Source: Centroscyllium fabricii (taxonomy: Eukaryota). From it: 64,000 nucleotides of DNA. The notes beneath the pieces were generated by a model. That model did no database searches. It was not told where the DNA came from and was given only the letters and a program-made list of their open reading frames with translations. This document shows positions 1 through 11,179 of the stretch, piece after piece. The DNA is taken from assembly GCA_051313645.2 (NCBI GenBank), contig JBNRSN020000007.1, positions 237,770,001 through 237,834,000 of the forward strand, written 5' to 3'. Numbering within the stretch: the first letter of the stretch is position 1; every line of letters begins with the position of its first letter. Made by a program: the position numbers and the translations under genes.

Positions 1-551
1 ACCACGCCAAATTAGCGAGGCGGGCCGTCGGGATGAAGGACTTGGAGGGGTCGAGATGTCCGGTGTTCAGGTGAGTGATGGGTGCATAAGTGCAGAGGTA
101 AGTGTGTTTGGTCTGTGTAAAGTGTTTAAAGAAGTTCTACTAACCTTTACAACCTTCCTTCCTTCAGGTCTCGGGAGTCCCTCATCTCACCAGCACAGAA
201 AGCAGAATGGCCGCCAGCTGACAAAAGTTGCAGCATTCAGCTTTCTGTTCTGGAGAGATCTCTAAATCATCCTGAGAGGAAGGAATTAACCTGGAGTACA
301 GATTCAGTGTTTGACAGCTTCAAACAGCTGTCAAACACTGATATTTCATCTTGTCAAATGGTCCTGACAGATGAAATATCAATCTGTGACATCACCTGTT
401 GCTGGGTGGCCCTTAATTGGCCTGCTGAGCCCATTGGGCAGGCGCAACAAGGTCAATCAAGTCAGAATCATGTGGGTTGGCTAGAACTCAATGGAGGCGG
501 GACTACAACCCCAAAAGTTGTAGTCCCGCCTCCTCAATGAAAATCCAGCCC
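1..551. mobile_element. Right end of a PIF/Harbinger-type non-autonomous DNA element
   Basis: Ends in AAATCCAGCCC (rc GGGCTGGATTT), the same TIR style and GGCCCTTAATTGG subterminal motif as other Harbinger-type elements here; the left end is outside the window. Confidence 0.55.
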
Positions 552-2143
552 AAGGTCTTTAAACTAGTAAATGGGGGGAGGGCTCAGGGGCAAATTGCAG
601 TACAAATAGTATGAATAGTAGTTCAAAACAAATGAAAGGGAAGAGAGTAGAGTAGCAGTCAGAAATTGTGCTTTAGGCACTACAAGTAAGGGGAAAACTA
701 AAAGATGTAAAGCGATTAACCAGGAGAGAGAAATAGGAAACATGTGAGTAAATCATCACAGCTGAAGGACAGGCTAGGGTGTGTGGCCCAAATAAGCATT
801 CTTCAGACAAACGCACGGAGTATAAAGAATAAATTGAATGAACTGCTGGCATGAATTCAAATTGCCGTGCATGACATGGTAGCCATTACTGAGACATGGC
901 TGCAAGACAGTCAGGACTGGGAACTAAATATACCAGGTTTTCAGGTTTACAGGACAGATAGGGAAAATGGCAGAGGGGGAGGAGTAGTAGCCTTGGTGAT
1001 TAAGGATGAAATCCCTTCAATGAGAAGAGAGGATTTAAAGAGAGGTAAGCAGTCCGTGTTGAATTAAGAAATAGGAAAGGATCGAAGACTGCAGTGGGAG
1101 TTGTGTTAGCCCCCCCTGGTAGCAGCTTTGAAGTGCTAGATTGTATAAATGCAGAGATTAGACCAGCATGTTGCACTGGCAGAGTGGTTTTAATGGGAGA
1201 GTTTAACTTTCATATTGATTGGGAAAAGCAGACTAGCACCTGTCAGAAAGGTAGTGAATTTCTTGAGTGTGTCCAGGATAGTTTTCTACAACAATATGTC
1301 CTAGAGGCAACAAGGGGGCCTGCTATATTAGATTTAGTAATGAGCCAGATTTAGTTAACAGCCTAACTGCTTGAACATTTATCCAATAGCGATCATAACA
1401 TGATGGAGTTTAATGCAGTATTTGAAAGGGAGAAATGCAAAACAGCTACTAAGATACTAGACTTAGGTAAGGCCGACTTCAGTGGGATGAGGCAGAGACT
1501 GTCCACAGTAAACTGGGCAAACCTGTTAATGGGTAGAATGACACAAGATCATTGGGAGATGTTTAAAAAGAATTTAATGTGATACAGAACCAGTTTATAT
1601 CCCTGAGGGGCAAGAGCACTACTTACCAAAAAAAACAGGCATGGACAACTAAAGAGGTAAAGGACAGCATAAAACTAAAGGAAAGGACATACAAAAATGC
1701 AGAAAATAGCACAGATCCTGGCGAATGGGAAAGATACAAGGAGCAGCAAAGGGTCACAAAACAGATAGAAAAAGAGCTACAAGGGAGTATGAAAAGAAAC
1801 TTGCAAGTGATATCAAAATCAATACGAAGAATTTTTACAATTACATTAGGAAAAAGATGATGGCCAGGAGCAATGTTGCCCCTTAAAAACTGAAAGTGGT
1901 GATATTGTCAATGACCATGGGGAAATGGCGGACAAGTTGAATAATTACTTTGCGTCAGTATTTACAGTAGAAAAGGATAGCATGCCGTAAATCGTAATAT
2001 TGAATCGGGGACAGGGACTTAATAAAATTAATATAAGTAAAATAACAGTAATGAAGAAAATGATGGCAATAAAGCATGACAAAACCAGAGGGCCAGATGG
2101 TTTCCATCCCAGGGTTTTGAAGGAAGTAGGTGAGAACAAATGT

Positions 2144-2478
2144 TTTACATCTTTTAGTTTTCCCCTTACTTGTAGTGCCTAAAGCACAATTTCTGACTGC
2201 TACTCTACTCTCTTCCCTTTCATTTGTTTTGAACTACTATTCATACTATTTGTACTGCAAGTTCCCCCTGAGCCCTCCCCCCATTTACTAGTTTAAAGAC
2301 CTTGGGCTGGATTTTCATTGAGGAGGCGGGACTACAACTTTCGGGGTTTTAGTCCCGCCTCCATTGAGTTCTAGCCAACCCACATGATTCTGACTTGATT
2401 GACCTTGTTGCACCGGCCCAATGGGCTCAGCAGGCCAATTAAGGGCCCCCCAGCAACAGGTGATGTCACAGATTGATA
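2144..2478 (-). repeat. Inverted duplicate of 377-711 inserted in the CR1
   Basis: 335-nt reverse complement of 377-711 with about 7 mismatches counted by eye. Confidence 0.92.
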
Positions 2479-3798
2479 AATGTTCTCACCTACTTCTTCC
2501 AAAGTTCTCTAGATTCTGGAACTGTCCCTTTAGATTGGAAAATTGTGCATGTCGCTCCGCTATTTAAGAATGGCGAGAGGAGGAAACCAGGGAATTGTAG
2601 ATCAGTTAGCCTAACACCTGTTGTTGGAGTTTATAATTAAGGATAGGATGACTGAACACCTCAAATTTTCAGCTGATCAGAGAGAGCCAGCATGGATTTG
2701 TGTAAGGTAGATCATGCCTGCCAAACCTGATTGAATATTTTGAAGAGGTGACTAAAACAGGTGAACGTCTACGGATGTTGTTTATATGGACTTCCAGAAG
2801 GCATTTGATAAAATCCCACATAAGAGACCGTTAACTAAAGTAGAAGCCCACGGAATTGAGGACAAATTTATTGACCTGGTTAAGAAATTGGCTGAGCGGC
2901 AGGACACCGAGAGTAAGGATAATGGGTAGGTACTCAAATTAGCAGGATGTGACTAGTGGTGTCCCACAGGGATCTGTGTTGGGGCTTCAACTATTCACAA
3001 TATTTATTAACGACTTAGATGATGGCATAGAAAATCATATCCAAATTTGTCGATGACACAAAGATAGGTGGCATTGTAGGCAGTGTAGATGAAAGCATAA
3101 ACTAATGAGGGGGGTGCTGGTAGGATTCAGGAAAGGGTAAATTTAAAAACTGAGCGAAATGTCAAGGCTCTGGAGCAGAGTTCTGGGTAAAAATAGGCAG
3201 AGTTGGTCAGGAAGGGACAGAGAGTAACAAAGATAAGGCATCAGTGACCAAGGTGACATTGGGGTAAAATAGAAATAAGTCAAAGCTAAAGGCACGATAT
3301 CTGAATGTGCAAAGCGTTTGCAACAAAATAGATGAATTAATAGCGCAGGTAGAAATTGCGTAGATAGAAATGAACAGGTTTGATCTAATATCCATAACAG
3401 AGACGTGGTTGTAAAGTGGCCAAAGTTGGGGACTAAATATTCCAGGATACTTAACTTTTAAAAGAAATAAGCAAAAGGGAAAAGGAGGCGGGGTAGCCCG
3501 GATTATAAAGGATGGAATAAAGACAGTAGTGAGAAAGGATCTTGGCTCCAAAAATCAAGAAGTAGAATCAGTTTGGGTGGAGCTAAGAAACAGAATGGAG
3601 CAGAAAACATTGGTGGGAGTTGTAATACAGTAATCATGGGGGACTTTAATCTGCAGACTAGGCAAACCAAATTTGCAGTAATAGTGTGGAGGATGAATTC
3701 AAGGAATTCAAGATAGTTTTCTAGATCAATATGTTGAGGAACCAACTACGGAACAGGCTATTTTAGATCTAGTATTGTGCAATGAGAAAGGGTTAATT

Positions 3799-6700
3799 TT
3801 TTTAATTTTTTAAATTTTTTTATCCATTGATGGGATGTGGGCGTCGCTGGCTGGCTAGGCCTGCATTTAGTGCCCATCCCTAATTGCCCTTGAGAAGATG
3901 GTGGTGCCGCCTTCTTGAACCGCTGCAGTCCATATGGTGTAGGTACACCCACAATGTTGTTATGAAGGGAGTTCCAGGATTTTGGCCCAGCGACAGTGAA
4001 GGAGCGGCGATACAGGTCCAAGTCAGGATAGTGTGTGGCTTGGCGGGGAACTTCTAGGTGGTGATGTTCCCATGCGTCTGCTGCCCTTGTCCTTCTAAGT
4101 GGTAGAGGTCGCGGGTTTGAAAGGTGCTGTTGAAGGAGCTTTGGCGAGTTGCTGCAGTGCATCTTGTAGATGGTACACACTGCAGCCACAGTGCGCCGGT
4201 GGTGGAGGGAGTGAATGTTGAAGGTGGTGGATGGAGTGCCAATCAAGCGGCCTACTTTATCCTGAATGGTGTCGAGCTTCTTGAGTGTTGTTGGAGCTGC
4301 ACTCATCCAGGCAAGTGGAGAGTATTCCATCACACTCCTGACTTGTGCCTTGTAGATGGTGGAAAGGCTTTGGGGAGTCAGGAGGTGAGACACTCGCCGC
4401 AGAATTCCCAGCCTCTGGCCTGCTCTTGTAGCCACAGTGCTTACATGGCTGGTCCAGTTCAGTTTCTGATCAATGGTAACCCCCAGGATGTTGATAGTGG
4501 GGGATTCAGCAATGATAATGCCATTGAATGTCAAGGGGAGATGGTTAGAGTCTCGCTTGTTGGAGATGGTCATTGCCTGGCACTTGTGTGGTGCAAATGT
4601 TACTTGCCACTTGTCAGCCCAAGTCTGAATGTTGTCCAGGTCTTGCTGCATATGGACACTGACTGCGTCAGTATCTGCCGAGTCTCGAATGGTGCTGAAC
4701 AGTGTGCAATCATCAGCAAACTTCCCCACTTCTGACCTTATGATGGAGGGAAGGTCATTGATGAAACAGCTGAAGATGGTTAGGCCTTGGACACTGCCAT
4801 GGTATGATTCCAACCAATGGAGAGTTTTCCCCTTGATTCCCATTTGACTTCAGCTTTTCTAGGGCTCCTTGATGCCACACTCGATCAAATGCTGCCTTGA
4901 TGTCGAGGGCAGTCACTCTCCCCTCACCTCTGGAATTCAGCTCTTTTGTCCCTGTTTGGACCAAGGCTGTAATGAGGTCAGGAGCTGAGTGGCCCTGGCG
5001 GAACCCAAACTGGGCATCAGTTAGCAGGATATTGCTGAGTAAGTGCCGCTTGATAGCACTGTCGACGACACCTTCCATCACTTTGCTGATGATTGAGAGT
5101 AGACTGATGGGACGGTAATTGACCGGGTCGGATTTGTCCTGCTTTTTGTAGACAGTACATACTTGGGCAATTTTCCACATTGCCGGGTAGATGCCAGTGT
5201 TGTAGCTGTACTGGAACAGCTTGGCTAGGGGCGCAGCTAGTTCTGAAGCACAAGTCTTCAGTACTATTGCCGGAATGTTGTCCGGGCCCATAGCCTTTGC
5301 AGTATCCAGTGTCTTCAGCCATTTCTTGACATCACGTGGAGTGAATTGAATGGGCTGAAGACTGGCATCTGTGATGCTGGGGACCTCCGGAGGAGGCCGA
5401 GATGGATCATCCACTCGGCATTTCTGGCTGAAGATAGTTGCAAATGCTTCAGCCTTGTCTTTTGCACTCACATGCTGGGCTCCACCATCATTGATGATGG
5501 GGATATTTTTGGAGCCTCCTCCTCCTGTTAACTGTTTAATTGTCCTCCACAACTCACGACTGGATGTGGCAGGACTGCAGAGCTTTGATTTGATCCGATG
5601 GTTGTGAGATCGCTTAGCTCTGTCTATCGCATGTTGCTTCTGTTGTTTGGCATGCAAGTTGTCCTGTAATGTAGCCTTACCAGGTTGACACCTCATTTTT
5701 TGGTATGCCTGGTGCTGTTCCCGGCATGCTCTCCTGCACTCTGTTAAACCAGGGTTGATCTCCTGGCTTGATGGTAATGGTAGAGTGAGGGATATGCCGG
5801 GCCATGAGGTTACAGATTGTGGTTGAATACAATTCTGCTGCTGCTGATGGCCCACAGCGCGTCATGGATGCCCAGTTTGAGTTGCCGATCTGTTTAAAAT
5901 CTGTCCCATTTAGCATGGTGGTAGTGCCACACAACATGGTGAAGGGTATCTTCAACATGAAGACGGGACTTCGTCTCCACAAGGACTGTGCGGTGGTCAC
6001 TTCCACCAATGCTGTCATGGACAGATGTATCTGCAACAGGTAGATTGGTGAGGACGAGATCAAGTAGGTTTTACCCTCTTGTTGGTTCCCTCACCACCTG
6101 TCGCAGACCCAGTCTGGCAGCTATGTCCTTTAGGACTCTGCCAGCTCGGTCAGTTGTGGTGCTATCGAGCCACTCTTGGTGTTGGACATTGAAGTCCCCC
6201 ACCCAGAGGACATTTTGTTCCCTTGCTACTCTCAGTGCTTCTTCCAATTGATGTTCAACATGGAGGAGTACTGATTCATCAGCTGAGGGAGGGTGGTAGG
6301 TGGTAATTAGCAGGAGGTTTCTTTGCCCATGTTTGACTTGATGCCATGAGACCTCATGGGGTCCTGAGTCAATGTTGAGGACTCCCAGGGCTACTCCCTC
6401 CCGACTGTATACCACGGTGCCACCACCTCTGCTGGGTCTGTCCTGCCGGTGGGACAGGACATACCCAGGGCTGGTGATGGTGGTGTCTGGGACATTGGTT
6501 GTAAGGTATGATTCTGTGAGTATGACTATGTCAGGCTGTTGCTTGACTAGTCTGTGGGACAGCTCTCCCAATTTTGGCACAAGTCCCCAGATGTTTGTGA
6601 GGAGGACTTTGCAGGATCGACAGGGCCGGGTTTGCCGTTATCGTTTCCAGTGCTGAGGTCGTTGCCGGGTGGTCCGTCCGGTTTTATGTTATTGTTTTTT

Positions 6701-6846
6701 GTAGCGGTTGTTTACAACTGAGTGGCTTGCTGGGCCATTTCAGAGGGCATTTAGAGTCGACCACATTGCTGTGGGTCTGGAGTCACATGTAGGCCGGACC
6801 AGGTAAGGACAGCAGATTTCCTTCCCTAAAGGACATTAGTGAACCA
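3799..6846 (-). mobile_element. Near full-length non-LTR retrotransposon of a second CR1/L2-group family (EN + RT, frameshifted)
   Basis: Minus-strand ORFs give APE endonuclease (DIVILTES, GGGTVVY, VGDFN) and RT (YRPISLL, QFGFR, LDIKAAFDRV, FADD, KAQVRSVMEY). A-rich 3' tail at 3799-3822. TTAATT duplicated at 3793-3798 and 6847-6852. Confidence 0.88.
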
Positions 6847-8418
6847 TTAATTAATAACCTTGTAGTAAAGGGGCCTTTAGGGAAGAGTGACCATAATATG
6901 ATGGAATTTTATATTGAGTTTTAAAGTGATTTAGTTAAATCTGAAACTAGTTTCTTAAATCTAAACAAAGCAAACTACATAGATATGAGGGGCAAGTTGG
7001 CTACAGTAGATTGGGAAACTACATTAAAAGGTATGACAGTAGACAAGCAATGGCTAGCATTTAAAGAATTAATACATAATTTACAACAAATATACATTCC
7101 TTTTAAGGCACAAAACCCCATAAGTCCAACTGTGGCTAACAATAGAAGTTAAAGATAGTATTAGATCAAAGGAAGAGGCTTATAATGTTGCCAAAAAGAG
7201 TAGTAAGCCTAAGGATTTTAGAATTCAGCAAAGGTGGACCAAGAAATTGATAAAGAAAGGGAAAATAGAATATGAGAATAAATTAGCGAGCGACATAAAA
7301 CAGACTGTAAAAGCTTCTATAGGTATGTAAAAAGGAAAAGATTAGTGAAAGTAAATGTGGGTCCCATACAGGCTGAGACAGGAGAAATTATAATGGGGAA
7401 TAAGGAAATGACAGAGAAATTAAACAAGTAATTTGTGTCTGTCTTTATGGAAGACGATGCAAAAAACTTCCCAGAAATAGTGGAGAACCGAGGCTGTAGT
7501 GAGAATGAGGAACTGAAAGAAATTAGTATTGGTAAAGAAATAGTACTGGAGAAATTAATGGGAGTGAAAGCCAGTAAATCCCCTGGACCTGATGGCCTAC
7601 ATACTAGTGGTTTGAAAGAGGTGGCTATAGAAATAGCGGATGCATTGGTTGTCATTATCCAAAATTCCATAGATTCTGGAATGGTTCCTGTGGATTGGAA
7701 GGTAGCAAATGTAACCCCACTATTTAAGAAAGGAGGGAGAGGGAAAATGGGGAACTATAGACCAGTTAGCATGATATCAGTACAGTAAATGCAAGAATCT
7801 GTTATTAAGGACATGCTAACAGGGCACTTAGAAAATAATAATAGGATTGGGCAGAGTCAACACAGATTTATGAAAAGGAAATCATGTTTGCCAAATCTGT
7901 TAAGAGTTTTTTGAAGTAACTAGCAGAATAGATTTTCAGAATACATTCGATAAGGTGCCACACAAGAGGTCATTAAACAAAATTAGGGCTCATGGGATTG
8001 GGGGCAATATACTACCATGGACTGAGGATTGGTTAACGGACAGAAAACAGTAGGAATAAACGGGTCACATTCGGGTTGGCAGGCTTTAACTAGCAGGGTA
8101 GCGCAATGATCAGTGCTTGGGCCTCAGCTATTCACAATCTACATCAATGATTTCGATGAGGGCACCAAATGTAATATATCCAAGTTTGCTGATGATACAA
8201 AGCTGGGTGAGAATGTAAGTTGTGAGGAGGATGCAATGAGGCTCCAAGGGGATATAGACAGGCTAAGTGAGTGGGCAAGAACATGGCAAATGGAATATAA
8301 TGTGGAGAAATGTGAAGTTATCCACTTTGGTAGGAAAAATAGAAAAGCAGAGTATTTTTTAAATGGTGAGAGATTGGGAAATGTTGGTGTTCAGAGGGTC
8401 CTGGGTGTCCTTGTACAT

Positions 8419-8849
8419 CAGGGGTCCCCAACCTTTTTGTGATCGCGGCCCATTTTGGGCTTGTCAATTTTTTCGCGGACCGGGGGTGGGGGGTGCTGGC
8501 GGAGAATTTTGGACTGACCGGGGGGGGCTGGTGGAGATTTTTGGACTGACCGGGGGGGGGTGCTGGCGGAGATTTTTGAACTGAGTGGTGGGGGGGGTGC
8601 TGGCGGAGTTTTTTACACTGACCGGCCGGGGTGCTGTCTTCCGTCTGTGCCTCGTCTTCCGTCGGCGAATGATCGGCGCATGCGCCGATTCACAGACCCT
8701 GCCGCGGCCCGTCGGCAATTGATCTGCGCATGCGCCAATTCACAGACCCTGCCGCGGCCCGTCGGCAATTGATCTGCGCATGCGCCGATTCACACAATCT
8801 TCCGCGGACCGGTAAAACTGTCCCGCGGACCGGCGGTTGGGGAACACTG
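8419..8849. mobile_element. hAT (Charlie-like) MITE
   Basis: TIRs CAGGGGTCCCCAACC / GGTTGGGGAACACTG; perfect 8-bp TSD TTGTACAT (8411-8418, 8850-8857); internal G-rich and 50-nt tandem repeats. Confidence 0.93.
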
Positions 8850-10674
8850 TTGTACATGATTCACTGAAAGTTAACATGCAGGTACAGCAAGCAAGTAGGA
8901 AAGCAAATGGTATGTTGGTCTTTATTACAAGAGGATTTGAGTGCAAGAGTAAAGACGTCTTGCTGCAATTATATAGGGCCCTGGTGAGACCACACCTGGA
9001 GTACTGTGTACAGTTTTGGTCTCCTTGCCTAAGTAAGGATATACTTGCCATAGAGGGGGTGCAACAAAGGTTCACCAGACTGGTTCCTGGGATGGGGGAT
9101 TGTCCTATGAGGAGAGATTGAGTAGACTCGGCCTATATTCTCTAGAATTTAGAAGAATGAGAGGTGATCTCATTGAAACATGCAAAATTCATACAGGGCT
9201 TGACGGGATAGATGCAGGAAGGATGTTTTCCCTGGCTGGGGAGTCTAGAACCAGGGGTCACGGTCTCAGAATATGGGGTCGGCCATTTAGGACTGAGATG
9301 AGGAGAAAGTTCTTCACTCGGAGGGTGGTGAATCTTTGGAATCCTCTACCCTAGATGGCTCTGGAGGCTCAGTCATTGAGTATATTCAAGACAGAGATCG
9401 ATAGATTTTTGAATATTAAGGGAATCGAGGGATATGGGGATAGTGCAGGAAAGTGGCGATGAGTTAGAAGATCAGCCACGATCTTATTGAATGGCGGAGT
9501 AGGCTCGAAGGGCCAAATGGCCGACTCCTCCTATTACTTAAGTTCTTATAAAATTACAAAGGGTTATTGATAGATTAAGTGTATGGGCAAAACTGTGACA
9601 AATGGATTACAATGTAAGCAAATGTGAGGTCATCCACTACGGACCTAAAAAGGATAGAGCAGGGTACTTTATAAATGGTGGAAAGCTAAAAATAGTGGAT
9701 GTTCAAAGCGACTGGGGGTTCAGGTACATAGATCATTAAACTGTCATGAACAGGTAACGAAAATAATCAAAAAAGCTAATGGAGTGCTGGCCTTTATATC
9801 TAGAATACTAGAGTACAAGAGGGTAGAAGTTATGCTGCAGCTTTGCAAAACACTGGTTAAACTACACCTGGAGTACTGTGAGCAGTTCTAGGCACCACAC
9901 CTTAGGAAGGATATATTGGCCTTGGAGGGAGTGCAGTGTAGGTTTACCAGAATGTTACCTGAACTTCAAGGGTGAAGTTATGAGGAGAGATTACACAAAT
10001 TAGGGTTGTATTCCCTAGAATTTAAAAGGTTAAGGGGTGATCTGATTGAAGATTTCAGGATATTAAGGGGAACAGACAGGGTAGATCGAGAGAAACTATT
10101 TCTGCTGGTTGGGGATTCTAGGACTAGCGGGCATAGTCTAAAAATTAGAGCCAGACCTTTCAGGAGTGAAATTAGGAAACACTTCTACACATAAAGTGTG
10201 GTAGAAGTTTGGAATTCTCTTCCACAAATGGCAATTGATGCAAGATCAATTGTTAATTTTAAATTGGAGATTGATAGGTTTTTGTTAACCAAAGGTATTA
10301 AGGGATATGGGCCAAAGGTGGGTATATGGAGTTAGACCGCAGATCAGCCGTGATCTCATTGAATGGCAAAACAGACTCGAGGGGCTGAATGGCCTCCTCC
10401 TGTTCCGATGTTCCTAACACTCGTGTGAAGTGCAGTGGGACATTTCACTATGTTAAAGGTGCTGTATAAATGCAAGTTTTTGTGAATATGTACTGGTGTA
10501 TTTTGTATCACACTGAATCATTGGAGGGTTTGTGATGGCTTTTGGTTCCTTTAGTGCTGTTGTAGTTGAGAGTTTAAATCACTGACTTCCCACGATTGTG
10601 ATCCAAATGTGCAGGGTCCGTTTGTGCACGTTAACACTTAGTTTGTGTATTTATGAACCTTCTCTCTGTTTCAG

Positions 10675-10799
10675 ATGGAGGCTTTCTATGCATCTCTGAT
10701 TTTATTCATTGGTCGAGTTTGGGATGCTTTCACTGATCCCATTGTTGGATTCCTCGTCAGCAAAAGCAGAAGAACAAGATTTGGCAAACTGCTTCCTTG
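10675..10799 (+). CDS. MFSD2A-like: MFSD2-family transporter internal exon (MEAFYASLILFIGRVWDAFTDPIVGFLVSKSRRTRFGKLLPW)
   Basis: tttcag acceptor, gtgag donor, 125 nt; GRxWDAxTDP cation-binding motif of MFSD2/MelB-family transporters. Confidence 0.93.
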
Positions 10800-11179
10800 G
10801 TGAGGATACCTTGAATCATATTTTCTTACTACATGTCGGGGTATACAAGAAGCAGTACATCTGGAGCTGGGGTTTGGAATGGTCTCTGAGATCAGAGGAC
10901 TGCTACAAGCTGCATGCTCAAATAATCTATTTAAAGAAGCACCAACTATTGATTGAAACAAGTTCTCCAGTTCTCTCGCAGCAGAAGCTTTAAGCTCTGC
11001 ACTGTTAGATAGATGGGCTTCTGCCAATGTTGCCTGAGTTACCAGGCTTAGGGTAACCATCTGATGATGTGTTGAAACAAGCAGCCACTTCTAATTTAAA
11101 TGACTGGATCCATAGTTTTCATTGGTGAAGAATGATGTGAAGAGCTGACTTAAAACATCTGCTATTGTTGCTAACCGTT

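Larger units (their letters stand above)
3101..9548 (+). mobile_element. Degraded CR1/HER1-like LINE, itself interrupted by a LINE (3799-6846) and a hAT MITE (8419-8849)
   Basis: ORF fragments KSPGPDGLH, WKVANVTPLFKKG, FADDTKLG, RPHLEYCVQFWSP; 3' tail hairpin near 9470-9545. Confidence 0.85.
552..10415 (+). mobile_element. Degraded CR1/HER1-like LINE (552-3100 plus 9549-10415) split by a second CR1 insertion
   Basis: Fragmented EN/RT peptides (AITETWLQ, GGGVVAL, GPDGFHPRVLKE, YSLEFKRLRGDLIE) with many stops. GAAAGCATA at about 3100 resumes as AAATTACAAAGGG at about 9550. HER1-type 3' tail near 10340-10415. Confidence 0.85.
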
